Source: an uncultured Chloroflexia bacterium (GTDB lineage: Bacteria > Chloroflexota > UBA6077 > JACCZL01). Taken from it: a stretch of DNA of 64,000 bases. The notes beneath the pieces are model-generated. The model was not told the origin of the DNA. It saw only the letters and a list, made by a program, of their open reading frames with translations, and searched no databases. Positions 1-9,499 of this stretch are shown piece by piece. The stretch lies in contig CAVXYC010000015.1 of the NCBI GenBank assembly GCA_963765765.1, positions 288,001 to 352,000 on the forward strand, written 5' to 3'. The translations under genes and the position numbers were made by a program. Position 1 is the first letter of the stretch. Every line of letters starts with the position of its first letter.

Positions 1-178
1 CGTGGGGGCGAAGACGCCCAATGACGCCGGGACTTACGCTCGCCGTCCCGATGATCCCGCCGTGTTCGTTCTGCCTAACACGCTGACGAATGACATCGAA
101 AAGATGATCACCGAGCCGCCCAAAGCACCTGCCACGGCTACTCCGTTCCCCACGAGTACCGCGACGCCTACACCGTAA
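1..178 (+). CDS. 3' end of a probable DUF4340-like exported protein with a Thr/Pro tail (partial)
   Basis: Frame 2 reads VGAKTPNDAGTYARRPDDPAVFVL...PATATPFPTSTATPTP* to TAA at 176-178. The G-x-x-T-P...Y-A-R...V-F-V-L pattern resembles DUF4340 C-termini. Confidence 0.5.
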   Translation, partial: VGAKTPNDAGTYARRPDDPAVFVLPNTLTNDIEKMITEPPKAPATATPFPTSTATPTP

Positions 179-194
179 TGGCCACGCAAACTGA

Positions 195-227
195 GGTGGG
201 ATGGACCAATGGAAGGTCCATCCCACC
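195..227. repeat. 13-bp inverted repeat (REP-like or terminator hairpin)
   Basis: GGTGGGATGGACC-N7-GGTCCATCCCACC. Confidence 0.65.
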
Positions 228-367
228 GTCCATCTGTAACGCCGTCGTAACCAGAGAAAAACCGGCACCGCAACCAGGTCTCTGCTAGAGTGGTATAGAA
301 CTCCAGAGTGATCGATCGTCAATGAAGACGATTCGATTCCCGCGTCACGATGAGGTGAAGCGAGCTT

Positions 368-757
368 ATGAATTCAATTCCCGACTCGGGTTACCGACCC
401 GAGACTGACCCCGCCCTCCTGGCATTTATAAAATGCCACGTTCGATCGGTTGCCACCTGGGACGTTCTCTGCGTTCTGGCACGTAATGTAGGCCACTGGT
501 TCACACTCGATCAACTCGAGCGAGAGGTTACGATGGCTCCGGCTCGAGTCTCAGCCGCCCTGGTGGAGCTGGTGTCCGACGGTGTGATCGAGTCCGATAC
601 CGATGCCATCAGTACTGTCTTTCGGATTCCCGCTGATGAGCCATCAACGATTGTGATCGAGCGGCTATTTAATGCTGCTCGAGTCGATCGGAATCTTCGG
701 CGGATTGTTGTGGCGCACATGGCTCATGGGCACGATGTCTCTGTAGCGCGGCAGTAA
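368..757 (+). CDS. Small winged-helix-like hypothetical protein
   Basis: 129-aa ORF with GAGG upstream. WFTLDQLEREV...VSAALVELVSDGVI has a wHTH-like pattern. Confidence 0.6.
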   Translation: MNSIPDSGYRPETDPALLAFIKCHVRSVATWDVLCVLARNVGHWFTLDQLEREVTMAPARVSAALVELVSDGVIESDTDAISTVFRIPADEPSTIVIERLFNAARVDRNLRRIVVAHMAHGHDVSVARQ

Positions 758-1859
758 TCTCCTTCAGCACAGAAGGCTCGTTCTCCGTTACTTCCGACGC
801 TCGCAGAGCCACCGTGGCGGCCGGGCCGCCAAGCACGCCCAGGGCCCACGCGGCGTGACCGCGAACCAGCGGCTCTCGATCGCTGAGTGCCTCGATCAGG
901 ACGGGGACCGATTCAGCATCGCCGCTATTTCCGATGGCCACGGCAACATTTCTCAGCAGCCCCCGTCGCTTGGTGCGCGTAACAGCGGTGCCTTTGAACA
1001 TGGCGCGGAAGCCCGCATCGTCCAGGCGAAGGAGGTCTCGCAGCGCCGGTCGTGCGTGATCGTCTGAGATCGGCTGAAGCTCCGGCCATGTACCAGACTC
1101 CAACCGTCGATTCCAGGGACACACGTCCTGGCAGACGTCGCACCCGAAGATCCGATCCCCAATACTACTTCGCAAATCTTCGGGAATCGCATCCTTTAAC
1201 TCAATCGTCAGATATGCAATGCACCGCCGAGCGTCCAGCTCATAGGGAGCGGTGAATGCGTTGGTTGGACAGGCATCCAGGCAGATGCGGCACTGCCCGC
1301 AATCTCGTGTGCGCACCTCATCTGGTTTCAGGTCGGCGGTAGTGATGATCGTACCGATCAGCAGGTAAGAGCCCAGAGCGCCCGTGAGCAGGTTAGTGTT
1401 CTTTCCGTAGAAGCCGAGACCAGACTGAACCGCGGCCTCACGATCCAGAAGCGGTGCGGTGTCCACGAAGACTCGGGTCCTACACTCGGGTTTATCCGTC
1501 TCTCGGATGAACGCTGCGAGCGAATCCACACGGGCCTTGAGCACGTCATGGTAGTCGGATCCCTGGGCGTACCGGGCAATTCTTCCACGCGGGCCACGAT
1601 CATCAATGACGTCAGGCTGATCGGCGTAGTAGGAGACGCCCAATGAAATAATGGAGCGGGCTCCTGGCAGAAGATCATCAGGATGAGTGGAGGAACGAAC
1701 TCGCTCCTGGTTGAACCACGCCATCTCGCCGTGGCGTCCCTCGGCTACCCACCTGGCGTAGCGTGCTTCGGCTTCCTCGAACGGCTCCGCTCGCGCGATC
1801 CCCACAAGGTGGAAGCCCAGCTCATGCGCATTGGCTTTGACTCGGGTCGTAAAGTCCAT
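669..1859 (-). CDS. queG: tRNA epoxyqueuosine(34) reductase
   Basis: IARYAQGSDYH, VDTAPLLDR, CGQCRICLDACPT, RRCIAY, IFGCDVCQDVCPWN and C-terminal HEAT repeats. Start taken at MDFTTRVK. Confidence 0.95.
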   Translation of the reverse strand: MDFTTRVKANAHELGFHLVGIARAEPFEEAEARYARWVAEGRHGEMAWFNQERVRSSTHPDDLLPGARSIISLGVSYYADQPDVIDDRGPRGRIARYAQGSDYHDVLKARVDSLAAFIRETDKPECRTRVFVDTAPLLDREAAVQSGLGFYGKNTNLLTGALGSYLLIGTIITTADLKPDEVRTRDCGQCRICLDACPTNAFTAPYELDARRCIAYLTIELKDAIPEDLRSSIGDRIFGCDVCQDVCPWNRRLESGTWPELQPISDDHARPALRDLLRLDDAGFRAMFKGTAVTRTKRRGLLRNVAVAIGNSGDAESVPVLIEALSDREPLVRGHAAWALGVLGGPAATVALRASEVTENEPSVLKEITAALQRHRAHEPCAPQQSAEDSDRLEQH

Positions 1860-1875
1860 TAAGCAGCGGAGAAAT

Positions 1876-1913
1876 ACGACAGGCGCGGAGTGACTCACTT
1901 CCGCGCCTGTCGT
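1876..1913 (-). terminator. GC-rich hairpin between tpx and queG
   Basis: ACGACAGGCGCGGA-N10-TCCGCGCCTGTCGT, 14-bp stem. Confidence 0.5.
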
Positions 1914-1937
1914 TCTACCTAGCATCGATGGGGTCGG

Positions 1938-2450
1938 CTACTTGGCCGCCTTCGCGGCCGCAAGCGCAGCCTCGTAATTTGGCTCCGTCGTCACTTCCGG
2001 GACGTACTCAACGTACTTCACCTTGCCGTCTTCGCCGATAACGAACACCGCTCGAGTAAGCAGACGCGGCCCCTTCATCAGCACACCGTAGTCGGTGGCG
2101 AAGACTTCATCGCGGTGGGATGATGCCGTGCGATGGCCCACTTCGGCCGCACCACACCAGCGCTTTTGTGCCATGGGCAGGTCCATGCTGACGGTCAACA
2201 TCTCGACATCGCCGAGAGCCGCACGTTCCTTGTCCCAGCGCCGCGTTTCCGTGTCACACACCGGCGTGTCAAGTGATGGGACGGCGCTGAGGAGGACCAC
2301 TTTGCCCGCGTAGTCCGAGAGCTTTACCGGGGACATGTCCTGCCCTACGAGCTCGAAATCCGGGGCCGTGTCGCCGACCTTGATCTCATCGCCAACGAGT
2401 GTGACCGGGTTGCCGCGCATGGTCACTGCGCCTTCACGTTCTTTTGCCAT
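1938..2450 (-). CDS. tpx: Thiol peroxidase (atypical 2-Cys peroxiredoxin)
   Basis: PSLDTPVCD, SMDLPMAQKRWCG, RAVFVI, EPNYEAAL. Confidence 0.95.
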   Translation of the reverse strand: MAKEREGAVTMRGNPVTLVGDEIKVGDTAPDFELVGQDMSPVKLSDYAGKVVLLSAVPSLDTPVCDTETRRWDKERAALGDVEMLTVSMDLPMAQKRWCGAAEVGHRTASSHRDEVFATDYGVLMKGPRLLTRAVFVIGEDGKVKYVEYVPEVTTEPNYEAALAAAKAAK

Positions 2451-2559
2451 TTAAATCCCTCCGAGCGCCGCCGTCGGTGACTTCCGGAATGACCGCGGTG
2501 CCCAGTCATCCTAGCATAGGGGTCGGAGTTTCGATTCAGGCCGCGGGGGCACTTTCGGA

Positions 2560-3261
2560 TCACTCTTCCACGTCAATCTGATCGATGACATCCTGTACAC
2601 CCGGAACGGTTGCCGCGACAGACTCGGCATTTTCCGCATCCTCGATTCCCGCAACCCCGCCTTCCAGTACGACGACTCCGTTCCGCGCCGTGACCTTGAT
2701 ATTTAGGTCCGTTGTGCTGGCATCGGCAATGAGCCGGCGACGTACAGCATCCTCCAACGCTTCGTCGCCGATCTGACCGTCGCTCGCGGAGCGCTCAGGG
2801 CCAGGTGTCTCCAGTGCAGTGGCGGAGAAGCCGCCAACGATGTCCCCGTTGTCACGGGCACCGGGCTCTACAACAGGATCCGTGGGCGGGAAATAGCTCT
2901 CTTCCTGCTCGTCGACCACGTCTTCAATTGCTGTCGTCACGGGTTGATCGTTGAAGCTGGGCTCGATCATGCTGTCGCCAGCGTCGAGCTCTTCTCGGGT
3001 CTCACTGAGGTTGTCAGCCGGGCCGGCTTCAACCTGGAACCCTTCCACATCCACGGGTAGGATGTCCTGGACCTCAAGACCGTTGTCGATCTCTCGATCC
3101 GGCGCGATCGACCGCACGATGTCTTCGGCGGCCTGCCGTGATTCCTCGGTGTCAACCTCGCCTGACAGCGTGACGGATCGCTCGTCCACGCCAACCGCCG
3201 CGTACACGCCCGCTTCTTCGAGCGCCTTTTCCAACTTTCCCTGAACGTCTGATTGCGCCAT
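2560..3261 (-). CDS. BON-domain protein (two BON domains, acidic linker)
   Basis: VTLSGEV...IDNGLEV and GVVVLEGGV...VPGVQDVIDQIDV. Confidence 0.85.
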   Translation of the reverse strand: MAQSDVQGKLEKALEEAGVYAAVGVDERSVTLSGEVDTEESRQAAEDIVRSIAPDREIDNGLEVQDILPVDVEGFQVEAGPADNLSETREELDAGDSMIEPSFNDQPVTTAIEDVVDEQEESYFPPTDPVVEPGARDNGDIVGGFSATALETPGPERSASDGQIGDEALEDAVRRRLIADASTTDLNIKVTARNGVVVLEGGVAGIEDAENAESVAATVPGVQDVIDQIDVEE

Positions 3262-3529
3262 CCCAAGCCCCCTGGTGAACGTCGATTAAGGGCCGGATAT
3301 CGGCAGGTCACGTGCCAGGCTAATTTCCTGGCATAGGATCTGCACGCGACAAACACACCGGCCAGTGGAGTGAATCGGTGGACAAGCCAATTGGCCCTGG
3401 CGTCCAATACTCGCAGGGCGCCTCGCACAGCTAGCTCCGCCAAGGGCGCTTCGGACGGCAGCGCAGAGGCATCCAGGACCCAGGCCGGCCCATCGTAGTC
3501 TGAGGGCACGCGGCAGCGACGGCCGCCGC

Positions 3530-4921
3530 GTGCCCCTCTCACAAGCTTTGGCTCCGTCGGAGATGGAAAAGGTTATGCGTCAGAACGGACATGTTCAGGA
3601 CACCGGACGGCAGTCGGCGCGCGTTGTTGTTCTCGGCGCAGGATTTGGTGGCCTGAACGCCGCGACTGAGCTTGCGAAGGCGGCGCGGCGCGGCGCACCT
3701 CTTCATATCACGCTTGTAGATAAAAACAACTATCACGCCTTTGCGCCCTTGCTTTACCAATCGGCCGTTGGCCTGGTTGACTCGCGTAGCGTGGCATACC
3801 CGGTTCGGGCAGTCACGAGCCCGCTCGGGATCGGGTTTGTCAGGGCACAGGTTGAGGACATCGATATCTCCAGACGCCACGTTCGTACATCTGATGGAGA
3901 TCTAAGTTATGACTGGCTCATCGTCGGATTGGGAAGCGTGCCCAGGTACTTCGGCTTGCAGGACCCCGGCGGGCGAGTTCTGCCTCTCAAGTCCATCGAG
4001 GACGCTGGCCACATTCGGGCACGCGTCATGAGTGCCATGGAGGAGGCGGAGGAGCTATCCGACGCTGAAGCGCGCCGACGCGTATTGTCGTTCACCATTG
4101 TGGGCGGCGGACCAACCGGGCTGGAGTTGGCTGGCGCGTTGCGGGCATTGATCAATGACGTGGCCGGTCGAGAATACCGTAACTTCAGCGCGTCCGAAGC
4201 GAGTGTGACGGTTCTCGAGGGCGCCGACGCGGTTCTACCGGGCTTTCCAGCGCAGTTAGCACAACGCGCTCAGGAGCGTCTGACCCAGCAGGGAGTTGTG
4301 ATTCACCTGGGCCAGATCGTGAAAGCCGTGGATGAGGAAGCCGTCATCACAGCCTCGGGCGCGCGTTTTCCGTCATTCACCGTGATTTGGGCGGCTGGCG
4401 TCCAACCTGGTCCGGTCATTGACGCACTTCCAGGAGAGCGCGTTCGAGATGGTCGGCTCATTGTGCGGCCGACGCTGCAGGTCACTGGCGACGATCGAAC
4501 GTTCTTGATCGGTGACATGGCCGCGTTCACTCCACCCGGCGAAAGCAGACCGCTGGCCGCGCTCGCTCCCGTGGCCATCCAGGAAGGCGAAGTCGCGGCA
4601 AAGAATGTGCTACGCGCCATGGCCAATCGACCGATGCGACCGTTCAAGTATCAGGATCGTGGGAGTCTGGTGATTCTTGGTCGGTATGGCGCCGTGGCAC
4701 AGGTGGGCAGCGCTATGTTCGATGGTCTGCCAGCCTGGCTGCTCTGGCGCGCCGTACACTTGGCCTGGCTGCGCGGAATTCGGCACAAGCTGGAAGTCTT
4801 GGTGGATTGGTCGCTGCTTACTATGACGCCGAGGCAAACGTCGATCATCGAGAACGAAGCGCATCCGGCCGTAGCAGCAGGGCCGGAGACGAAGCAGGTG
4901 GTTGGCGGCGGCACGTCGTAA
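3530..4921 (+). CDS. ndh: Type II NADH:quinone oxidoreductase family FAD-dependent oxidoreductase
   Basis: VVVLGAGFGG, PLLYQ, IVGGGPTGLELAG, IWAAGV, IGD, AIQEG and WRAVHL motifs. Exact start uncertain. Confidence 0.88.
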   Translation: MPLSQALAPSEMEKVMRQNGHVQDTGRQSARVVVLGAGFGGLNAATELAKAARRGAPLHITLVDKNNYHAFAPLLYQSAVGLVDSRSVAYPVRAVTSPLGIGFVRAQVEDIDISRRHVRTSDGDLSYDWLIVGLGSVPRYFGLQDPGGRVLPLKSIEDAGHIRARVMSAMEEAEELSDAEARRRVLSFTIVGGGPTGLELAGALRALINDVAGREYRNFSASEASVTVLEGADAVLPGFPAQLAQRAQERLTQQGVVIHLGQIVKAVDEEAVITASGARFPSFTVIWAAGVQPGPVIDALPGERVRDGRLIVRPTLQVTGDDRTFLIGDMAAFTPPGESRPLAALAPVAIQEGEVAAKNVLRAMANRPMRPFKYQDRGSLVILGRYGAVAQVGSAMFDGLPAWLLWRAVHLAWLRGIRHKLEVLVDWSLLTMTPRQTSIIENEAHPAVAAGPETKQVVGGGTS

Positions 4922-5006
4922 CATCCCCCAGGCCCTCGTCGTACAGCGCTCTGTAGCTTGATCACCCCCGTCCGCCTTGTTCGTCGCTCGTCTATCATCC
5001 CGGCTC

Positions 5007-6365
5007 ATGACGGACGATCAATCGGCGCTCCAATGGCTCTTCGGTTTCACCGATTGGGAGCGTGGAATTGGCTGGGGAAACCGAGCCAGCCCCGACTTGA
5101 GTTGGAATCTCGGCCGCACACGCTGGCTTCTGGAGGCGGTCGGGCGCCCAGATCGCGATTTGCCGGTGGTGCTTATTGCGGGAACCAAAGGCAAAGGATC
5201 CACGGCGGCTCTCATCGAAAGCATTTCCCGAGCAGGCGGAAAGCGCACGGCGCTCTACACACAGCCGCATCTTCAGGACTACCGTGAGCGGATTCGTCTT
5301 GATGGTGCGCCGATTGCAGAGGAACGTTTTGCGGAAGTTGTGAATCGTTTCCGCGAGCCCGTTGACCGTTTACTCAATGAGCTCCCTGATGCGGGAGAGC
5401 CCACCACGTATGAGATCACGACCGCTATGGCCATGCTTGCGGCCAGGGACCATCGAGCAGATCTGGCGGTGATCGAGGTGGGACTCGGGGGCCGTCTCGA
5501 TGCGAGCAATTGCCTCGATCCGATCGTCTCGGTGTTGACTCGTGTCAGTTACGACCATACGCAGATCCTCGGCCCAACGCTGGGCGCGATTACGCGAGAG
5601 AAGGCGGCCATCGCGCGGCCGGGCCGACTCCTGCTCAGTGCACCGCAGCGTCCCGCTGCTCATCGTGCGCTAGTTAGGGCAGTGGGTGAAATCGGCGCTC
5701 GATACCGCTTTGTTGCACCCTTGAGGGCCGTCAGCAGGGTCGCAACCGGATCTCCAGACGCCCAGCGAGTGAGCGGGATCGTTCTGAATCAACGGTTCGA
5801 GAGTGATCTCTCACTCCTCGGCGAGCATCAGCGGGAGAACGCCGCCCTAGCCGTTGCTGTGTGTGAAGAGCTTGCGGGCGCTGGAGTGCTTGCGCTTGCC
5901 GTAAGACACGTGCACGAAGGTCTTAGCAGAGTGGATTGGCCGGGACGACTCGAGACAATGTCCGTTACTCCGCGCATCGTTCTGGACGGTGCTCACAATG
6001 GGGAATCTGCCGAGCGCTTGGTTCGGGCGCTCCGTGAGTCCTTCATCTTCGATCGTTTGATCCTGGTGCTGGGCATCCTGCGAGACAAGGATGCCCGAAC
6101 GATGTTGAGATCATTGACGCCATCCGCGGATATCGTGATCGCCACCCGAAGTACGAGTCCTCGCGCGTTAGAGCCCACAGAGCTTGCGGACCTGGCTCTC
6201 CGTAACCATCACGATGTCCGAGTCGCGCCGACTATCTACGATGCATTGAGCCAGGCACGAGCCTCGGCCAGGGGTGACGATCTTATCTGCGTGACCGGCT
6301 CATTGACAGTTGTTGGCGAAGCCCGCGCGCTTCTCTTGCCCCACGATCAGAGCCGCATCCCGTAA
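5007..6365 (+). CDS. folC: Folylpolyglutamate synthase/dihydrofolate synthase
   Basis: IAGTKGKGST, YTQPHL..YRERI, EVGLGGRLDASN, WPGRLE, LDGAHN, VTGSL. Confidence 0.95.
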   Translation: MTDDQSALQWLFGFTDWERGIGWGNRASPDLSWNLGRTRWLLEAVGRPDRDLPVVLIAGTKGKGSTAALIESISRAGGKRTALYTQPHLQDYRERIRLDGAPIAEERFAEVVNRFREPVDRLLNELPDAGEPTTYEITTAMAMLAARDHRADLAVIEVGLGGRLDASNCLDPIVSVLTRVSYDHTQILGPTLGAITREKAAIARPGRLLLSAPQRPAAHRALVRAVGEIGARYRFVAPLRAVSRVATGSPDAQRVSGIVLNQRFESDLSLLGEHQRENAALAVAVCEELAGAGVLALAVRHVHEGLSRVDWPGRLETMSVTPRIVLDGAHNGESAERLVRALRESFIFDRLILVLGILRDKDARTMLRSLTPSADIVIATRSTSPRALEPTELADLALRNHHDVRVAPTIYDALSQARASARGDDLICVTGSLTVVGEARALLLPHDQSRIP

Positions 6366-6575
6366 GGGTGCGGTTCTGATCGATTCGGAATTCGAGCAGT
6401 CCATTGTCAAAACTCGCATGTTTCGTTTGACAATGGCTCGGGCAGGACGTAGCATCTTTGCAGCGTTCCGTGGGCATCCGTGGAACGAAAATGACCCAGT
6501 GAGGATAGTGCGGGTTCGCTTGACGGAGCTCCCGGAGCCCCTTCCAGCTACAACCGCGTGCAAAAAGCCAGAAAC

Positions 6576-6887
6576 ATGATCGATCTCAGCGAGATGATTG
6601 CGATCGACGATTTCTCAAACGACACACTGATAGCACTGGCTGATCGTCTCGAGCGGTCGACGACATTCCAAGAGCTCCTGGTCCGAGAGGCTGAGCTGGA
6701 CGAAATCTATCGTCGAGTCGAGACGGCGCTCATCGATGCGAAGTCGGCTAACGATGCACATTCAATGGCGGGACTGCAACAGCTCTTTCAACGCGTCTGG
6801 GAGGCGCATGATCTTGCTGCCGAAGGCGAGCCCGTGGAGGCCGCACGACGACTCCGCCAGGGGATGACAGGCGATAACGGTCCGTGA
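6576..6887 (+). CDS. Hypothetical small helical protein
   Basis: Acidic, helix-like ORF starting MIDLSE; no recognised motif. Confidence 0.55.
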   Translation: MIDLSEMIAIDDFSNDTLIALADRLERSTTFQELLVREAELDEIYRRVETALIDAKSANDAHSMAGLQQLFQRVWEAHDLAAEGEPVEAARRLRQGMTGDNGP

Positions 6888-6939
6888 TAACAACCGAACA
6901 TACCTATAGAGTAGAGCGCAAGACTAAGGGAGGTCTCAC

Positions 6940-8217
6940 ATGCTCAATGCCGCCGACAATGAGCTCCTGACTCAGGTGGGTCCGGGGGCCCCGATGGGCC
7001 AATGGCTGCGTCGCTTCTGGACGCCACTCATGTTGTCCGAGAAGCTGGGCGGGCCGGACTCGGAGCCCATTGAAACCCGAATGTATGGCGAAGACTTGCT
7101 GGTCTTCCGAGATACAGACGGGAAGATAGGCGCCATCCAGCCGCTCTGCCCGCATCGTCAGGCGCCACTGGTCTACGGACGAAACGAGGAGTCGGGGCTG
7201 CGCTGTATCTACCACGGCTGGAAGTTCAACACGAGCGGCGTATGCGTGGAAATGCCCAACGAGCCGGCTGATTCGGATTTCAAGCACAAGGTACGGCCGG
7301 TCTCCTATCCCCTGCGCGAGAAGGCCGGTGTCATCTGGATCTATATGGGCCCCAAGCATCTCGAGCCGGAGATTCCGGACATGGAGTGGATGCGGGTGCC
7401 CGCGAGCCATCGCAACGTCTCCAAGTTCAACGTCGAGGGGAACTGGGTTCAGGCGATGGAAGGCGACGTGGACTCGAGTCACGTGGGTTTCCTCCACAAA
7501 GACATGAGCACGATTCGCGATCCCAAGAAGGCCATTCCAGAGCAGCGCTATCAGGCGCTCGACCGCGCTCCTCGCTGGATCATTCAGCCGATGGACAGCG
7601 GCATGATGATCGCCGCCCGCCGCAACGCTGAAGAGGACTCGTACTACTGGCGCATCAACCAGGTGTACTTCCCGTTCTACACGCTCGTTGCCGGCCCGCT
7701 GGATCAGAGCAAGTTCCTGATGCACATCTGGGTTCCCCAGGACGATGGCCACTGCGACGTCTGGACGGCGTTCTGGAAGCCGAAGGATCCGATGTCCGCG
7801 GAAGAGCGGGCCGAGATGTTTAGCGGCCCACGACCGCACGTTGGCACGTTCAACCCGGAGACCGGCGGACTTTTCGGCAACAAGAGCAATCACTTCTTCC
7901 AGGACCGCAAGGACCAGAAGGAGAACACGTTCTCCGGTATCCGCGGCATTCGTGAGCAGGACGCGGCCATGACGGTGGGTATGGGCGCCATCGTCGATCG
8001 CACCAAGGAGCATCTCGGAACGGCAGATATGGCCGTTATCGCCTTGCGGCGCATTTTGATCCGCGAAGCGAAGAGGGTAGCTCACGGTGAGGAGCCCGTG
8101 GCTCCGTACAATGGCGCGCTCTATCGGAATCGCGCCTGGTCTGGCGTGCTTCCGCGACGTGAGCAGTTCCTGGAAGATCCAGAAGCGAAAGAGATGATGC
8201 TGACATTGGTGCCCTGA
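6940..8217 (+). CDS. Rieske non-heme iron oxygenase alpha subunit (phthalate 4,5-dioxygenase/LigXa-like)
   Basis: Rieske motif CPHR...CIYHGW, iron motif EGDVDSSHVGFLH, QDAAM, EHLGTAD; GGGAGG RBS. Confidence 0.92.
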   Translation: MLNAADNELLTQVGPGAPMGQWLRRFWTPLMLSEKLGGPDSEPIETRMYGEDLLVFRDTDGKIGAIQPLCPHRQAPLVYGRNEESGLRCIYHGWKFNTSGVCVEMPNEPADSDFKHKVRPVSYPLREKAGVIWIYMGPKHLEPEIPDMEWMRVPASHRNVSKFNVEGNWVQAMEGDVDSSHVGFLHKDMSTIRDPKKAIPEQRYQALDRAPRWIIQPMDSGMMIAARRNAEEDSYYWRINQVYFPFYTLVAGPLDQSKFLMHIWVPQDDGHCDVWTAFWKPKDPMSAEERAEMFSGPRPHVGTFNPETGGLFGNKSNHFFQDRKDQKENTFSGIRGIREQDAAMTVGMGAIVDRTKEHLGTADMAVIALRRILIREAKRVAHGEEPVAPYNGALYRNRAWSGVLPRREQFLEDPEAKEMMLTLVP

Positions 8218-8254
8218 GGCGCCGAAAAAGCATCGGTACGCTCAACGTGTTCAT

Positions 8255-8284
8255 CTCTGGGCAGTGCCATGGCACTGCCCAGAG
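8255..8284. repeat. Perfect 30-bp palindrome
   Basis: CTCTGGGCAGTGCCATGGCACTGCCCAGAG equals its own reverse complement. Confidence 0.85.
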
Positions 8285-8370
8285 TGCCGTGAGCCGAAGT
8301 TACCAGATCGAATCTAATCCATTGATCGGTCCGACGATCGGATCGAAGCAGTTCACGCTGGAGTGAGTTT

Positions 8371-9126
8371 GTGGCTGAGTACAACAAGGCGGTCGTCGAC
8401 GATCTGAAGAAGCGCCTGGTTGAGGGACTAACTGTTCTCTCGGCCGAGGGTGTTCTCGGCGGCATGGGACACATCAGCGTGCGCGTGCCGCAGAGTGATC
8501 TCTTTCTGATCAATCCCCGGTATGCGCCCAACGTGGCCGGCGTCGAAGATATCTGTGTGGTCACGGCCGACGGAAAACGCGTGGACGGTCCCGGGCCAAT
8601 TCCGGGTGAGACGCCCATACACTCCGGCATCCTCAAGCGGCGCCCAGACGTAGACGCGGTGGTGCATTGCCATCCTCGTAGCGCGGTCATTATGAGCGTC
8701 ATCGATCATCAGCTCGTGCCGTTCAACATCATGGCCAATACGTTCCGCGATGGCCTGCCAGTTTATCCCGAAGCGCACCAGGTTGATACTGCCGAGCGCG
8801 GCGATGCGCTGGCGATGTCTCTGGGCGATCATCTCGCGGTCCTCCAGCGCGGACACGGTATTGCCGCCGTGGGGCCGTCCATTGAGGGCGTCTGCCTAGT
8901 AGCGATCCGACTCGAGCACAGCTGCGCCGATCAACTCGAGGTGATGCGCTACGTCACGCCGGAGCCAGTCGATGATTCAGAGTCGCCGCCGCCGTGGAAT
9001 GGCCTGAAGAACCCGTATCGCGAGTGGCCGTATCTGATGCAGAAGCATCACATCCGCTCCCGCGAGGAGATCAAGGCGAGCATCACCCCGCCGGTGGAAG
9101 GCTCACGATCGCGCGATAACAAATAG
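8371..9126 (+). CDS. Class II aldolase/adducin family protein
   Basis: GHISVR, ETPIHSGI, VVHCHP and RGHG metal-binding motifs. Confidence 0.9.
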   Translation: MAEYNKAVVDDLKKRLVEGLTVLSAEGVLGGMGHISVRVPQSDLFLINPRYAPNVAGVEDICVVTADGKRVDGPGPIPGETPIHSGILKRRPDVDAVVHCHPRSAVIMSVIDHQLVPFNIMANTFRDGLPVYPEAHQVDTAERGDALAMSLGDHLAVLQRGHGIAAVGPSIEGVCLVAIRLEHSCADQLEVMRYVTPEPVDDSESPPPWNGLKNPYREWPYLMQKHHIRSREEIKASITPPVEGSRSRDNK

Positions 9127-9195
9127 GCACTGAGGCAGACTCCGCGGAGCCTCCCAGCGACCCACGGTGCCATATCGCCGGTTGGTTTACGGTCG

Positions 9196-9309
9196 CACCC
9201 GTAGCGCGGCGGTCTTGTGCCCCGCGCCCCTTGAGATGTCCTGAACGACCGACGGCCTGTTCTTAGGTGTTCGCGGGGCGCGGGGCACAAGACCGCCGCG
9301 CTACGGGTG
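9196..9309. repeat. REPIN-like element with perfect 35-bp inverted GTAG-type arms
   Basis: CACCCGTAGCGCGGCGGTCTTGTGCCCCGCGCCCC at 9196-9230 and its exact reverse complement at 9275-9309. Confidence 0.85.
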
Positions 9310-9499
9310 ACTGAGTAATCTCCTCCTTACATCCCTCGGGGATGCCGCGGGCAACGGACGCCAGTGTGTAGGCTGGGCACCCGGTATTAGTTGCGCGCTC
9401 CGGCGTGTGGAGATTAGATTGTTGTTCAATTGGCGCCGTCTCAACGCGCGAGGGGCAGGCGTTTGACTGTCAGTTCACCGCGTTTACTGGAGGAGTCCA

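Noticed and set aside
669-757. Convergent 3' overlap of queG and the wHTH ORF as an antisense regulatory device
   Set aside because: The queG tail beyond the HEAT repeats shows no recognisable motif; stop-codon drift or an indel explains it.
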